DNA of 64,000 nucleotides from Nitrospirota bacterium (GCA_963721805.1 CAVRJY010000002.1:448001-512000), one strand, 5' to 3'. Numbered from the stretch's first letter, positions 18,738 through 28,858 are shown. Notes: a model not told the origin generated them from the letters alone. Numbers and translations: made by a program.

Positions 18738-19436
18738 TCAGTCGACCTTCGCCACGAAGCCCTTCAGGCCCATGTCCTTGCTGATCTTCGCGTACAGCGC
18801 GTCGGCTTCTTTCTTGTCCTTGAAATACCCGAGCCGCAGCTTGTACGGAGCGGCGTCGGCCCTGGTCTGAGACTTCGTGACCGTCGCGGTATAGCCCTTC
18901 GCGGCGAGTTTTTTCTTGAGCGCATCGGCCTCGGCCTGCGCCTTGAACGCGCCCACCTGAACGGCGTACAGGGATGCAGGCTTAAACGGAGGAGCTGCGG
19001 TTGGCTTCGCAGCGGCTGAGGCCGCCGTCTTTTGCGCAGCGGGCTTCTGGGGCTGCTGCTGCGGCAGAGGCTTTGCGGGTTTCTCAACCGGCATCGCGGA
19101 GGACTTGGGCTTCATCGGAGGCGTCGAGGCCGGATGCGCATCGGCCGGGGGCATGGCGTCGAACCCCCCGCCAGTGTCGCCGGGTTTGGCATCGTCCTGC
19201 GGGACGGCCCTTGAGGGCTGCTGCGGCTGCTGGATCGGCGCGATCGGTTCCTGGATCGGCAGGGGTTCGATCTTAGACTGCTGAGACGGCATCAGGCCCT
19301 CGCGCCCGGCCGTGCCGCCCACGAAATACCCGAGGCTGAAGCTCACGGCCGAGACAACCACGACTACGATGATAGCGAGCCACCGCTCGCCGAGCGGTCC
19401 GCCTCCCTGTGCCTTCTTCTTATTCCTGTCGATCAT
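18738..19436 (-). CDS. SPOR domain cell-division protein (DedD/FtsN-like)
   Basis: N-terminal TM, Pro/Ala/Gln-rich linker, YAVQVGAF SPOR domain. Confidence 0.85.
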   Translation of the reverse strand: MIDRNKKKAQGGGPLGERWLAIIVVVVVSAVSFSLGYFVGGTAGREGLMPSQQSKIEPLPIQEPIAPIQQPQQPSRAVPQDDAKPGDTGGGFDAMPPADAHPASTPPMKPKSSAMPVEKPAKPLPQQQPQKPAAQKTAASAAAKPTAAPPFKPASLYAVQVGAFKAQAEADALKKKLAAKGYTATVTKSQTRADAAPYKLRLGYFKDKKEADALYAKISKDMGLKGFVAKVD

Positions 19437-19450
19437 GGCAATAACATATA

Positions 19451-20455
19451 TTATAACACTAGCATCGATTCGCCATATGAAAAGAATTTGTAGCCCTGAG
19501 CGATCGCCTCGGCGTATGCGGCCATCAGCGGCCCGCGCCCGGCGAACGCGGCCGCGAGCACAAGCGGGGTCGAGCGCGGCAGGTGGAAGTTCGTGATGAG
19601 GGCGTCGACCGCGCGGAACTCATGGCCCGGCCGGATGAAAATGTCCGTTTCGCCCCGGATCATCCCGTCGCGTGCCTGAAGCTCGCCATGCCGGCCGTTT
19701 AAGAGCGCCTCCAGCGTTCGCGTGCAGGTCGTCCCGACCGAAAACAGCCTTCCTCTGCGCCCGGCGATCTCATCCATCAGCGCCTCGGGGACCTCGAACC
19801 GCTCTGAGTCCATCCGGTGGTCCTTGAGCTCTTCGGCCCTGATAGGCGCGAAGGTGCCCCTGCCCACATGAAGCGTGATATATCGGACGCTTACTCCCTT
19901 TGCCTTGATCTCGTCGATCAGCTCGGGGGTGAAGTGCAGCCCCGCGGTCGGCGCGGCTATGGAGCCCTCGACCTCAGCATATACTGTCTGGTAGCGCAGC
20001 TTGTCGCGCTCGTCAGGCTCACGCTTGATATAGGGCGGAAGCGGCATGCGCCCGTTGCGCCAAAGCAAAGCGCCCAGGTCGCCCTCGTAGCTGAGTTCGG
20101 CCCTTCGGCCGTCTTTCATCACAGCCCTGATGCCGCCCGGGAACTCCAGCGGCCCGGTGTATCCGCCGCGCGAGAGCACCTCCCAGGTGTCGCCCTCTAT
20201 GGCGCGCACGAGCAGCACGTCGAGGGTCGAGCCGTCAGGGCGCGTGCCCAGCAAGTTGACGGGCATGACCTTCGTTCGGTTGAGGATGAGCATGTCGCCG
20301 GGGCTCATGTATTGGGGAAGGTCGCTGAACCTTTGGTGGGATATCTTGCCGGTAGCGCGTTGGAGCGTCAGCATGCGCGCCTGATCGCGCACCGCCGCGG
20401 GCTCGAGCGCTATCGCGCCATCCGGGAGTGGGAAGTCCAGCTCGCTAGCCAGCAT
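19451..20455 (-). CDS. queA: SAM:tRNA ribosyltransferase-isomerase
   Basis: PLPPYI, YQTVYA, AAPTAGLHF, TNFHLPRST motifs. Confidence 0.95.
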   Translation of the reverse strand: MLASELDFPLPDGAIALEPAAVRDQARMLTLQRATGKISHQRFSDLPQYMSPGDMLILNRTKVMPVNLLGTRPDGSTLDVLLVRAIEGDTWEVLSRGGYTGPLEFPGGIRAVMKDGRRAELSYEGDLGALLWRNGRMPLPPYIKREPDERDKLRYQTVYAEVEGSIAAPTAGLHFTPELIDEIKAKGVSVRYITLHVGRGTFAPIRAEELKDHRMDSERFEVPEALMDEIAGRRGRLFSVGTTCTRTLEALLNGRHGELQARDGMIRGETDIFIRPGHEFRAVDALITNFHLPRSTPLVLAAAFAGRGPLMAAYAEAIAQGYKFFSYGESMLVL

Positions 20456-21428
20456 GCCGCGTGAGCGTCGCCCCCGGATAGTAGTAGTTCAGGATGTCCT
20501 TGTAGCTCTTGCCGCCGGCCGCCATCTCCTCGGCGCACCACTGGCAGAGCCCGACGCCGTGGCCCCAGCCCTTGCCATCGAATATGCAGACGCCGCCCTC
20601 GATCTTGTAGGTGAAATCGGTGCTCGGCAGCCGCTTCCAGCCGATGATCCTGCGGAGGTCCTTGGTCTCGAAGACCTTGTTGCCGCCCGCGGAGCACATT
20701 TCGAGCTCCTTGACGCGGCCTGTGCAGGTCAGCGATACGGTCCTGATGTCCGTGATCCCCTTTACGCCGGTCAGCAGCGATATCTCGTCAAGCGGTATGC
20801 GCCTGACCCAGCTCTTGAGCGGCGATAGCGCGGAGGTAGAGACCACGGGCTTGAGGTAGGGGTAGTTCTTGCCGAATACTTCATCGGCGGACTCCGTCAT
20901 GCCCTCTGAGGTCGAGTGGTAGAGGGCCATGATAGGCAGGCCTTCGTAGGTCAGTATCTCTCCCTGCGTCTCCTGCACGGCGCGTTCGACGGTAGGGGTG
21001 CCGCTGTCGCCCCTGTATAGCTGGTGGAGCACGGAGGAGGTGATGTCATAGACCGCTCCGGGGTCCTCCTTCAGCTTCTGGTTCATGGCGTACGTGCGCG
21101 TGATGACGGCCTGCGCCTTGAGCGCGTTGATGTTCCAGTCCGGCCCGGCCTCGGAGCTTACGACCGCCTCGACGTATTTCTCGAACGGGACCTCGTCGAC
21201 GAGGTAAAGGCCGTTTTTGCCCTTGTAGATCACGATCTTGCCCATGTACTTGATGTCGTCTATCAGGAGGTCACCGTCCACCTTCTCGATGCGCGTGAGC
21301 TTCTCGCCCTTCTCGGGGGTGTTCGTAAACGCCCCGTCGAGGATCAGGACCCTGATTGAATCCTCGGCGGCCCATGCGCTGGCCGAGGTAATAAGCACGA
21401 GTGCGAGGGCGATGATGAGCCTTCTCAT
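20445..21428 (-). CDS. SpoIID/LytB domain protein
   Basis: Signal peptide, ALKAQAV..RTYA, HQLY, GWGHGVGLCQW, YYPG. Confidence 0.9.
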   Translation of the reverse strand: MRRLIIALALVLITSASAWAAEDSIRVLILDGAFTNTPEKGEKLTRIEKVDGDLLIDDIKYMGKIVIYKGKNGLYLVDEVPFEKYVEAVVSSEAGPDWNINALKAQAVITRTYAMNQKLKEDPGAVYDITSSVLHQLYRGDSGTPTVERAVQETQGEILTYEGLPIMALYHSTSEGMTESADEVFGKNYPYLKPVVSTSALSPLKSWVRRIPLDEISLLTGVKGITDIRTVSLTCTGRVKELEMCSAGGNKVFETKDLRRIIGWKRLPSTDFTYKIEGGVCIFDGKGWGHGVGLCQWCAEEMAAGGKSYKDILNYYYPGATLTRHAG

Positions 21429-21658
21429 TTCATGAACCTCCCGATCATCCACATCACAAGCGTCAGCACCACGCTAAGGACGATGCTCGTCATCACCGGG
21501 AAGAAAAACGTGAATCCCGGCCTGTGTATAAGTATGTCTCCCGGAAGCTTCCCGGCATACTGGGTCTTCGCGCCGAGCATCATCAGGCCGCCGATCATCA
21601 TGATGGACGCCCCGATCACTACGAGCGCCCTGCCGATCTGGCCCATCTCGGCGCTCAT
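21425..21658 (-). CDS. DUF2905 family membrane protein
   Basis: GKLPGDI...FFFPVMTSIVLS motif. Confidence 0.85.
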   Translation of the reverse strand: MSAEMGQIGRALVVIGASIMMIGGLMMLGAKTQYAGKLPGDILIHRPGFTFFFPVMTSIVLSVVLTLVMWMIGRFMK

Positions 21659-22200
21659 ACCGTAACGGCCCTGCTGCCGAGGCCGCGTTCCTCGTACGAG
21701 AGGATGCAGCCGCAGTGGCGCTGCCTGTAAAGCCCAAGCTCCCGAGACAGGGCCACGCCCGCGCGGTACATCGGCCTCCAGTCCTTGTAATAAAACTCGA
21801 CGCCATGCGTTTTGGCGGCCTCGCGTCCCGCGGTAACTATTAGTTCGTGCTTTTGGTATGGGCTCACGAGCAGGCTCGTCGTGAAAGCCTCGAAGCCGTC
21901 TTCGGCCGCGATCCTAGCGGTCTCGTCCAGCCGCATGCGGTAGCAGGCCTCACAGCGCAGGCCCTTGTGGGCCTCGATGGCCGAGAGAAACTCGGTCTCG
22001 CCATAATGATCAATATATCTCACATCGAGTCCCTCGCGCGTTGCGTGCTCCTTAAGCGTGCCCATCCTGCGGCTGTATTCGTCCTGCGGGTGGATGTTTG
22101 GGTTATACCAGAGGCCCACGAGTGTAATCCCCTGGGCACGCAACTCCCTGACGGGCATCAGCGAGCACGGCGCGCAGCAGATATGAAGCATTAGCCGCAT
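21655..22200 (-). CDS. queH: Epoxyqueuosine reductase QueH
   Basis: HICCAPC, YNPNIHP, RCxxCY, YRQxxCGC motifs. Confidence 0.92.
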   Translation of the reverse strand: MRLMLHICCAPCSLMPVRELRAQGITLVGLWYNPNIHPQDEYSRRMGTLKEHATREGLDVRYIDHYGETEFLSAIEAHKGLRCEACYRMRLDETARIAAEDGFEAFTTSLLVSPYQKHELIVTAGREAAKTHGVEFYYKDWRPMYRAGVALSRELGLYRQRHCGCILSYEERGLGSRAVTV

Positions 22201-22223
22201 CTTTAATTATACCAAGACCGGGA

Positions 22224-23675
22224 CTATTTTTGCCTGTAGTCGCGCTCTATGGCCCTGAGGGCGAAAATGTACCTGGTCCCGTTGACTATCGCGCGCAGGA
22301 CCTCCTTAAACGGCGCCCGCACGCGGTTGACCCGCAGGGGGTTCGCGCTCCAGGCTATGCGGTATAGCCGCGCGAAATGGGCATAAAACCTCCCGAGCTT
22401 AAGGCGGGTCGGAAGGAGCGTGTGCATGCAGTCATAAAAAAGATACGGCTCCGGGCATATGAACCTCTCATGGGTTGAGTGCCAGAGCTCCGTGCCGGGT
22501 GAGGGCGAAAACACCGTGAATGTGATCTCGGCCGGCGTGACCTCGCGGATCGTGTGCTCCAGCGCGAGGAAGTCCTCGACCGTGAAGTCCGGGTTGACCA
22601 TGAAGCTTGCGTGAAGCGTGATCCCGAGGTCCCTCAGCGTCGCAATGGCCTTGCGGTTCGTCTCGACCGTGGTCTTTTTGTTGTATTCCTTGAGCCTGGC
22701 CTCGTCCATCGCCTCCAGGCCGACGTATACGATCCCGAGGCCGATCTCCTTCCAGAGCCTGAAGAGCTCGGGCCGCCGCACTATCGTATCCGCGCGCGCC
22801 CAGCTTACGTAGTTCTTCCTGATTCCGCGCTCCTTTATCAGCCGGGCGATCTCGGTCAGGCGGGCCTCGTTGAGAAACGTCTCGTCATCGACGAAGTAGA
22901 TGAAGTCCTCCTTGAGCGAGGCTATCTCGTCCACGACGTCCTCGGGCGTGCGCTCGACGTACTTGCGGCCCATCACGAAGTGCACGACGCAGAACGAGCA
23001 GTTGAACTTGCAGCCATACGACGTCCTGACGCTCGCCATCCGCGGGTACATCGTGGCTAAGGTCCTATCCGCTGGCGGCGCGGTCCAGACCGAGAAATAC
23101 TTCTCACGCCTGACGAGGTTCCTGCGTGCCCTGGGGATATCCGCAAGATCAGGGAAGGGCGGCGGCGGCGCGGCGGCCTTGGTCGAGAACTCCGGGTCGA
23201 GCGGCGAGAGCGCGGCCATCCCGTAATGCAGAGGCTCTCCGGCATGGGCCCGGCGGCATATCTCGCGCATCACAGTCGAGCCCTCGCCCCGGACGATCAC
23301 GTCTATGTGGCTGACTGCGTAATCCGACGGGTCAATCGTGGCGTGAATGCCGCCTACGACGACGCTCGCATCGGGCAGGACGTCCTTGGCAATAGCGGCC
23401 AGGACCTTGACCTCGGCCGAGTTGTTGCTGTAGCCGCCGATCCCGACTATGTGCGGATCAATGCTGCGGAGCGCTGAGCGGAAGGCCTCGTGCGGGGCGT
23501 CCTCGAGCGAGAGGTCGAGTATCGAGACCTCGTCCCCGTCCGGCACGCCGCCCGCGACCATCTCCAGATCCAGCGGCTCAAGGTGCAGGAAGCGGTTTAA
23601 GTGCCGCGTGATCGCTAGGTGCTGCGAGGGCTTGACTAGAAGCACGCGAAGAGGACTGTCTGTTTTATCTGGCAT
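22224..23675 (-). CDS. Cobalamin-binding radical SAM protein
   Basis: GGIHAT and GEG B12 domain; CKFNCSFC radical SAM motif. Confidence 0.9.
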   Translation of the reverse strand: MPDKTDSPLRVLLVKPSQHLAITRHLNRFLHLEPLDLEMVAGGVPDGDEVSILDLSLEDAPHEAFRSALRSIDPHIVGIGGYSNNSAEVKVLAAIAKDVLPDASVVVGGIHATIDPSDYAVSHIDVIVRGEGSTVMREICRRAHAGEPLHYGMAALSPLDPEFSTKAAAPPPPFPDLADIPRARRNLVRREKYFSVWTAPPADRTLATMYPRMASVRTSYGCKFNCSFCVVHFVMGRKYVERTPEDVVDEIASLKEDFIYFVDDETFLNEARLTEIARLIKERGIRKNYVSWARADTIVRRPELFRLWKEIGLGIVYVGLEAMDEARLKEYNKKTTVETNRKAIATLRDLGITLHASFMVNPDFTVEDFLALEHTIREVTPAEITFTVFSPSPGTELWHSTHERFICPEPYLFYDCMHTLLPTRLKLGRFYAHFARLYRIAWSANPLRVNRVRAPFKEVLRAIVNGTRYIFALRAIERDYRQK

Positions 23676-23715
23676 CGGATATTCTAACTGATTCGCATGA
23701 GTTCAGGCGAGCGGG

Positions 23716-24264
23716 CTACTTGATCCGGTCTGCGGTAAGCAGGCTGTGCAGCGCCACGCCCTCGGACTCGACGTTCTGCCGGCCGTCCTGCTCGCAGCGG
23801 TCGAGCAGGACTATCGCCGCAAGCACCGCCAGCCCGTATCCGCGCGCGATGTTGATGGCCTTGATCGTCGAGCCTCCGGTAGTGAGCACGTCATCGACGA
23901 TCACGACCGCGTCTCCGGGCCTGACGTTGCCCTCGATCTGCAGGCCGCGGCCGTGCGGCTTCGGCTCCTTGCGTATCACGAACGCCTCTATCGGATCGCC
24001 ATTCAGGTATGAGGCATACGCCACCGAGGTCGATATCGGGTCCGCGCCCATCGTAAGGCCGCCCACGCCCCTGGGCCTGAGCCCGAGCGCCCTGATCTTG
24101 TCGTATACCAGATTGCCGATCAGGTACTGCCCGAGCGGCGAGAGTGTCGTGAGCCTGAGGTCAAAATACGTATTGCTCATCTTCCCGGACGAGAGCCGGA
24201 AGACCGGCTCCTCGCTTTTCAGAAACGAGTGCTCGCGGATGTATCCTATGAGCTTTTCGATCAT
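23716..24264 (-). CDS. pyrE: Orotate phosphoribosyltransferase
   Basis: FRLSSG, RKEPKPHG, VDDVLTTGGS PRPP motif. Start trimmed to MIEKL. Confidence 0.93.
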   Translation of the reverse strand: MIEKLIGYIREHSFLKSEEPVFRLSSGKMSNTYFDLRLTTLSPLGQYLIGNLVYDKIRALGLRPRGVGGLTMGADPISTSVAYASYLNGDPIEAFVIRKEPKPHGRGLQIEGNVRPGDAVVIVDDVLTTGGSTIKAINIARGYGLAVLAAIVLLDRCEQDGRQNVESEGVALHSLLTADRIK

Positions 24265-24549
24265 ATCTTCCACGCCGGGATTGTAGCACATACCCGCCGT
24301 GTAATACTCACCCCATGTCCTGGATATCTTAATCCCGTTTGAATCCAGATCCCGATTTATGGCTGTAATTATTACAGCTGAGGCAGATGCTACTATATAG
24401 ATGTTACATACAGCCTTTCTTGTCCGATAAAAAAAGATGGAAATACAATGGTTTTTGCATTGGCACAGTAGATGCATTATAAACCACAGACAAGAATGTA
24501 CGAAACCCCGGGCGATGCATAAAAAGCCCGGTTCAGGGTTGTCTTAAAA

Positions 24550-24592
24550 TGAGGAAGGAGACCCTCCCCCCATACAAGGGTCTCCTTCCTCA
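24550..24592. repeat. Perfect 16-bp inverted repeat in the divergent pyrE-thrC intergenic region
   Basis: TGAGGAAGGAGACCCT, 11-nt loop, AGGGTCTCCTTCCTCA. Confidence 0.8.
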
Positions 24593-24728
24593 CCCCCCAA
24601 TCCCCCTCGGCCAGCTTACGCCGCAAGTTATCCCGCATCTCATCCCGCCGCTGGATTCTTACGCGGCCATGGACTATTATATAGATCGACAAATACGGGC
24701 GGCTCGCCGTCCATCCGAGGTGGGGCAT

Positions 24729-26075
24729 ATGGCATCGGCTTATAACGCATGGTTTCAGTGCATCAACGAGAAGTGCGGCCAGAAGTACAGCACCAGCGAT
24801 ATCATCTATAGCTGCCGCAAGTGCGGCTCGCTCCTGGAGGTCCGCCACGACATGGCCGCCCTCGCCCAAAAGAGCGGCGAGCAGTGGAAGAAGATCTTCG
24901 AAGACCGCTACAAGTCCACCCAGTGGCCTTACGGCTCCGGCGTCTGGGGCAAGAAGGAATGGATACTCCCGAACATCGACGACGACAACATCGTCTCGCT
25001 TTACGAGGGCGGGACTAATCTCTTCTGGGCCGAGCGCTACGGAAAGATGATCGGGATCGACAACCTCTGGCTCAAGCTCTGCGGAAACTCCCACAGCGGC
25101 TCGTTCAAGGATTTGGGGATGACCGTGCTCGTCTCTAACGTCAAGCAGATGATCCATGACGGCGCGCCGATCAAGGCAGTCGCCTGCGCCTCGACCGGGG
25201 ACACCTCGGCCGCGCTCGCGGTATACTGCGCAGCGGCGGGGATACAGTCGATAGTCCTCCTGCCCAAGGGAAGGATATCGGTGGCCCAGCTCGTGCAGCC
25301 TATAGCCAACGGCTCGCTCGTCATCGAGCTTGACACCGACTTCGACGGCTGCATGTCCGTGGTCAAGGAGATCTCCAAAGACCCGAACATCTACCTCGCC
25401 AACTCCATGAACTCCATCCGCATCGAGGGCCAGAAGACCGTAGGAATCGAAATCGTCCAGCAGTTCGACTGGGCCGTGCCGGACGTCATCATCATCCCCG
25501 GCGGCAACCTCGGCAACGTCTCGGCGCTCGGAAGCGGGCTGCTGATGCTTCGCGACCTCGGGATGATCACGAAGCTCCCGCGCATCGTCGTGGCGCAGGC
25601 TGAGCGCGCCAATCCGCTCTACCGCTCGTACATGAAAAACTTCGAGTCCTTCGAGCCGATAGTCGCCCAGAAGACCCTCGCAAGCGCGATCCAGATCGGC
25701 AACCCAGTAAGCATCGCAAAGGCGATCCGCACGCTTAAGCAGTTTCAGGGGATCGTCATGGACGCAACAGAGCAGGAGCTCGCTGATGCCGCTGCGCTTG
25801 GGGACCTGACCGGGATGTTCAACTGCCCGCACACGGGCGTGGCGCTCGCGGTGCTCCAAAAGCTGCTCAAGGCCGGGAAGATCGACCGCTCCGAGCACGT
25901 CGTCGTCATCTCGACCGCGCACGGGCTCAAGTTCACGGACTTCAAGGTCCGCTACCACGAGGGGACGCTGGACTTCCCCTGCAAGTATTCCAACAAACCA
26001 ATCGAGCTTCCGCCGACCGTCGACGCGGTCAAGGAAGCCCTCGACCACGCACTCAAGACAAGGAGAATCCTCTAG
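24729..26075 (+). CDS. thrC: Threonine synthase
   Basis: [46 protein letters not shown] motifs. Confidence 0.93.
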   Translation: MASAYNAWFQCINEKCGQKYSTSDIIYSCRKCGSLLEVRHDMAALAQKSGEQWKKIFEDRYKSTQWPYGSGVWGKKEWILPNIDDDNIVSLYEGGTNLFWAERYGKMIGIDNLWLKLCGNSHSGSFKDLGMTVLVSNVKQMIHDGAPIKAVACASTGDTSAALAVYCAAAGIQSIVLLPKGRISVAQLVQPIANGSLVIELDTDFDGCMSVVKEISKDPNIYLANSMNSIRIEGQKTVGIEIVQQFDWAVPDVIIIPGGNLGNVSALGSGLLMLRDLGMITKLPRIVVAQAERANPLYRSYMKNFESFEPIVAQKTLASAIQIGNPVSIAKAIRTLKQFQGIVMDATEQELADAAALGDLTGMFNCPHTGVALAVLQKLLKAGKIDRSEHVVVISTAHGLKFTDFKVRYHEGTLDFPCKYSNKPIELPPTVDAVKEALDHALKTRRIL

Positions 26076-27272
26076 ATGAAAAACGAAAATAAATGGGGGC
26101 CGTCGACGACCGCCATCCACGGCACCGGAAAAACCGCCAAGGCCTACCATGCGGTGTCCACTCCGATTGTACAGACATCGAACTACTACTTCGACAAGGC
26201 CGACGAGGTCGAGGACTTCATGCGCGCAAAGGGGCAGGGCAAGGTCATCCGCGAGCACGAGTACGCCCGCTACGGAAACCCGACCCAGCAGATATGCGAG
26301 GCCAAGCTCGCGGCAATCGAGGGGGCCGAGCGCGCTGTCCTCTATTCCTCCGGCATGAGCGCGGTGATACTCGGCATCATGACCCTGATGCAGCCCGGCA
26401 AGCACATCATCTTCACGAACGACTGCTACCGCCAGACGCGCGACTTCGCCAACAATCTGCTCTCGAAGTTCGGGATCGAGATATCGCTCGTCGACCCGAC
26501 GGCCGAGGCCATCGCTGCCGCGATCAAGCCCAACACAAACATCATATTCACCGAGTCCCCGACCAACCCGTACCTGCGCATCCTCGACATCCCGGCCATC
26601 GTGAAGATCGCAAAGGAGCGCGGCATCATCACGATGATAGACGCCACGCTCGGCACGTCTTACAACATTAAGCCCATCGAGCTGGGCGTGGACGTGGTCA
26701 TCCACTCGGCGACCAAATACCTCGGCGGCCACAACGACCTCATGGCCGGCGTCTGCCTCGGCAGCAACGAGATGATGACCGCGTTTTACAAGATGCAGCG
26801 CATGGTCGGCTCTACGCCCGGCCCGCTTACATGCTTCCTGCTCGAGCGCGGCTTGAAAACCTTCGGCATGCGCATGGAGCACCACAACCGCGCAGGCCTC
26901 GCGGTGGCCCAGATGCTTGAGGCCCACCCGAAGATCGAGAAGGTCTGGTATCCGGGCCTCGCCTCGCACCCCGACCATGCGATCTACAAAGAGCAGATGA
27001 AGGGCGGCGGCAGCGTGATAAGCTTCCTCGTCAAGGGCGGGGATAAGGAGACGCGCCAGTTCATCGACGCGCTGGAGCTTTACCTGATCACCCCGAGCCT
27101 GGGCGGCAGCGAGAGCCTGGTCACGCAGATGTGGGCTATGTCGTTTTACGATTATCCGGCGTCGTTCCGTCAGGAGATCGGGATGGTGGACAATCTCGTG
27201 CGTCTGGCTCTCGGGCTGGAGGACATCGACGACCTTATCGCTGACCTTAAACAAGCCCTCGACAAGATTTAG
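26076..27272 (+). CDS. metB: Cystathionine gamma-synthase family PLP enzyme
   Basis: YARYGNPT, SSGMSA, ESPTNP, SATKYLGGHND, SLGGSESL motifs. Exact transsulfuration activity not resolvable from sequence. Confidence 0.8.
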   Translation: MKNENKWGPSTTAIHGTGKTAKAYHAVSTPIVQTSNYYFDKADEVEDFMRAKGQGKVIREHEYARYGNPTQQICEAKLAAIEGAERAVLYSSGMSAVILGIMTLMQPGKHIIFTNDCYRQTRDFANNLLSKFGIEISLVDPTAEAIAAAIKPNTNIIFTESPTNPYLRILDIPAIVKIAKERGIITMIDATLGTSYNIKPIELGVDVVIHSATKYLGGHNDLMAGVCLGSNEMMTAFYKMQRMVGSTPGPLTCFLLERGLKTFGMRMEHHNRAGLAVAQMLEAHPKIEKVWYPGLASHPDHAIYKEQMKGGGSVISFLVKGGDKETRQFIDALELYLITPSLGGSESLVTQMWAMSFYDYPASFRQEIGMVDNLVRLALGLEDIDDLIADLKQALDKI

Positions 27273-27275
27273 GGG

Positions 27276-27398
27276 AAAGCGCTCCAAATCGCTTGATACT
27301 GCGTTGGGCTGCGAAGACTCGGCCTCTATGTACGTCACAGTACACCATCGGCCGGTCTTCTTGCCCTGCCTTGTCTGAAGACGATTTGGGCGCGCTTT
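27276..27398 (+). repeat. 123-bp palindromic repeat, copy A
   Basis: AAAGCGCTCCAAATCG...TGTAC-N6-GTACA...CGATTTGGGCGCGCTTT, 3 nt after the metB stop. Near-identical to copies B and C. Confidence 0.9.
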
Positions 27399-27495
27399 GC
27401 GAAGTGCGCGGCCCAGCCGCTGCCTCCGCGCCTCGCGGTCAACGGCATTGAGTAAAGTTACATTATTCATAAAATGAGTAAGGAGAGAAAATAGT

Positions 27496-28668
27496 TTGCC
27501 AGAAGGTTTTATTATAATGCAGATTGGCGACGCAGCTCTTGACCGAGTCTGCGAGCAAGCCATTGTTCCAGCCATGAAAACATGCGGCTTAGAGCCAAAG
27601 CGAGTTGACAAACATAACTCAGGCGGCTTATTGAAAAGTGAAATTATAGGGTTTATTGAACGGTCTGAGATTATTATTGCAGATCTGACTAATGAACGAC
27701 CAAATTGCTACTTAGAAGTTGGTTATGCCATGGGAATTGATAAATTTAGAAACCTTATTCTTACTGTACGAGAAGACCATAATCCAGAGAGTCCAAATCA
27801 CATTAAAGGGAAAAAGGTTCATTTTGATTTAAGTGGATATGATATTTTGTTCTGGTCGCCAGATCGGCTCGACGAATTTAAAGAAGAACTTGCAAAGCGC
27901 ATCCAGAAACGTCAGGCTATTATATCGCCGATAAGCGAGAAAGAGATCAGAACTCCATGGGATGAGGTTTGGATTGAAACCCATAGAAAAATAGCTTGGG
28001 AAGGGCTAAAATCAACTGGGAAGAAAGGCTTTTTGGAAATCAGGTTTGCCCTTGATCATCCGAAACCAAATAAGTCTCAGCATGAACTTTTGAAGGCTGC
28101 ACAAGAGGCTCCAATAAGTACCTTCGGCTGGCCTATAGGAGTCTATCTGTCAACGGATGATTTTAGGCCGAAGCCAAAAGCTGATGGTATCGTAGCCGAA
28201 ATATCTGTTGCAAATGAAAGAAGGGTGACATTTGATTACTGGTCGTTACGTAAAACCGGAGATTTATATTTGCTAAAAACAATCTTTGAGGATGATCAAG
28301 AGCCAGATAAAATCTATTTTAATACCAGAATCATACGTGTGACAGAGGCCATTCTTTATTGTGCAAGGTTATATAATCTGTTAGGCATCGATCCAACGGT
28401 GCATGTTAATATTGCAATTCGGCATGGCGGACTAAAAGGGCGAGTATTAACAGCAATAGGTGGCAGAAGGGTGTTTGATTGGGGCAAGTGTTCTGAAGAT
28501 GAGGCTGAATTTGAAGTGCATTCCTCAATATCCGGTTTAGAGTCAAATCTTGTTGATTTAGTCAAGCAAATTACTTCACCCCTATTTGTGTTATTCGATT
28601 TTACAGAATTTAATGATTCTATCTATCAAGACATAGTCGATAAATTTGTTGCCGGAAGGGTCACTTAA
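27496..28668 (+). CDS. AT-rich protein with N-terminal nucleoside 2-deoxyribosyltransferase-like domain and unknown C-terminal domain
   Basis: IIADLTNERPNCYLEVGYA and HFDL motifs; AGGAG RBS before TTG; visibly more AT-rich than flanks. Confidence 0.75.
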   Translation: MPEGFIIMQIGDAALDRVCEQAIVPAMKTCGLEPKRVDKHNSGGLLKSEIIGFIERSEIIIADLTNERPNCYLEVGYAMGIDKFRNLILTVREDHNPESPNHIKGKKVHFDLSGYDILFWSPDRLDEFKEELAKRIQKRQAIISPISEKEIRTPWDEVWIETHRKIAWEGLKSTGKKGFLEIRFALDHPKPNKSQHELLKAAQEAPISTFGWPIGVYLSTDDFRPKPKADGIVAEISVANERRVTFDYWSLRKTGDLYLLKTIFEDDQEPDKIYFNTRIIRVTEAILYCARLYNLLGIDPTVHVNIAIRHGGLKGRVLTAIGGRRVFDWGKCSEDEAEFEVHSSISGLESNLVDLVKQITSPLFVLFDFTEFNDSIYQDIVDKFVAGRVT

Positions 28669-28734
28669 GGCGTGCAATGATTCAAAATCATAATATTCCG
28701 TTGACCGCGCGCACGATCCCACATAAGCAAACTT

Positions 28735-28856
28735 AAAGCGCGAGAAATCGTGTCAGACAAGGAACGGCGAGGAAAACGTCCGATGGTGTACTGTGATGTA
28801 CATAGAGGACGGATTTCCGCAGCCGTGACGCAGTATCACGCGATTTGGCGCGACTT
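28735..28856 (-). repeat. 123-bp palindromic repeat, diverged copy D
   Basis: CAGACAAGG...CGATGGTGTACTGTGATGTACATAGAGG...GCAGTATCA matches the reverse complement of A. Abuts the stop of the octaheme gene. Confidence 0.85.
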
Positions 28857-28858
28857 AG

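Noticed and set aside
24477..27611. 1044-aa minus-strand ORF
   Set aside because: Antisense shadow of thrC/metB running through repeat A; no motifs; expected in GC-rich coding DNA.
27276..28856. Repeats as a CRISPR array or integron attC sites
   Set aside because: Copies are dispersed, about 123 bp long and inverted around cargo. There are no regular spacers, no cas or intI gene, and no clear RYYYAAC/GTTRRRY ends.
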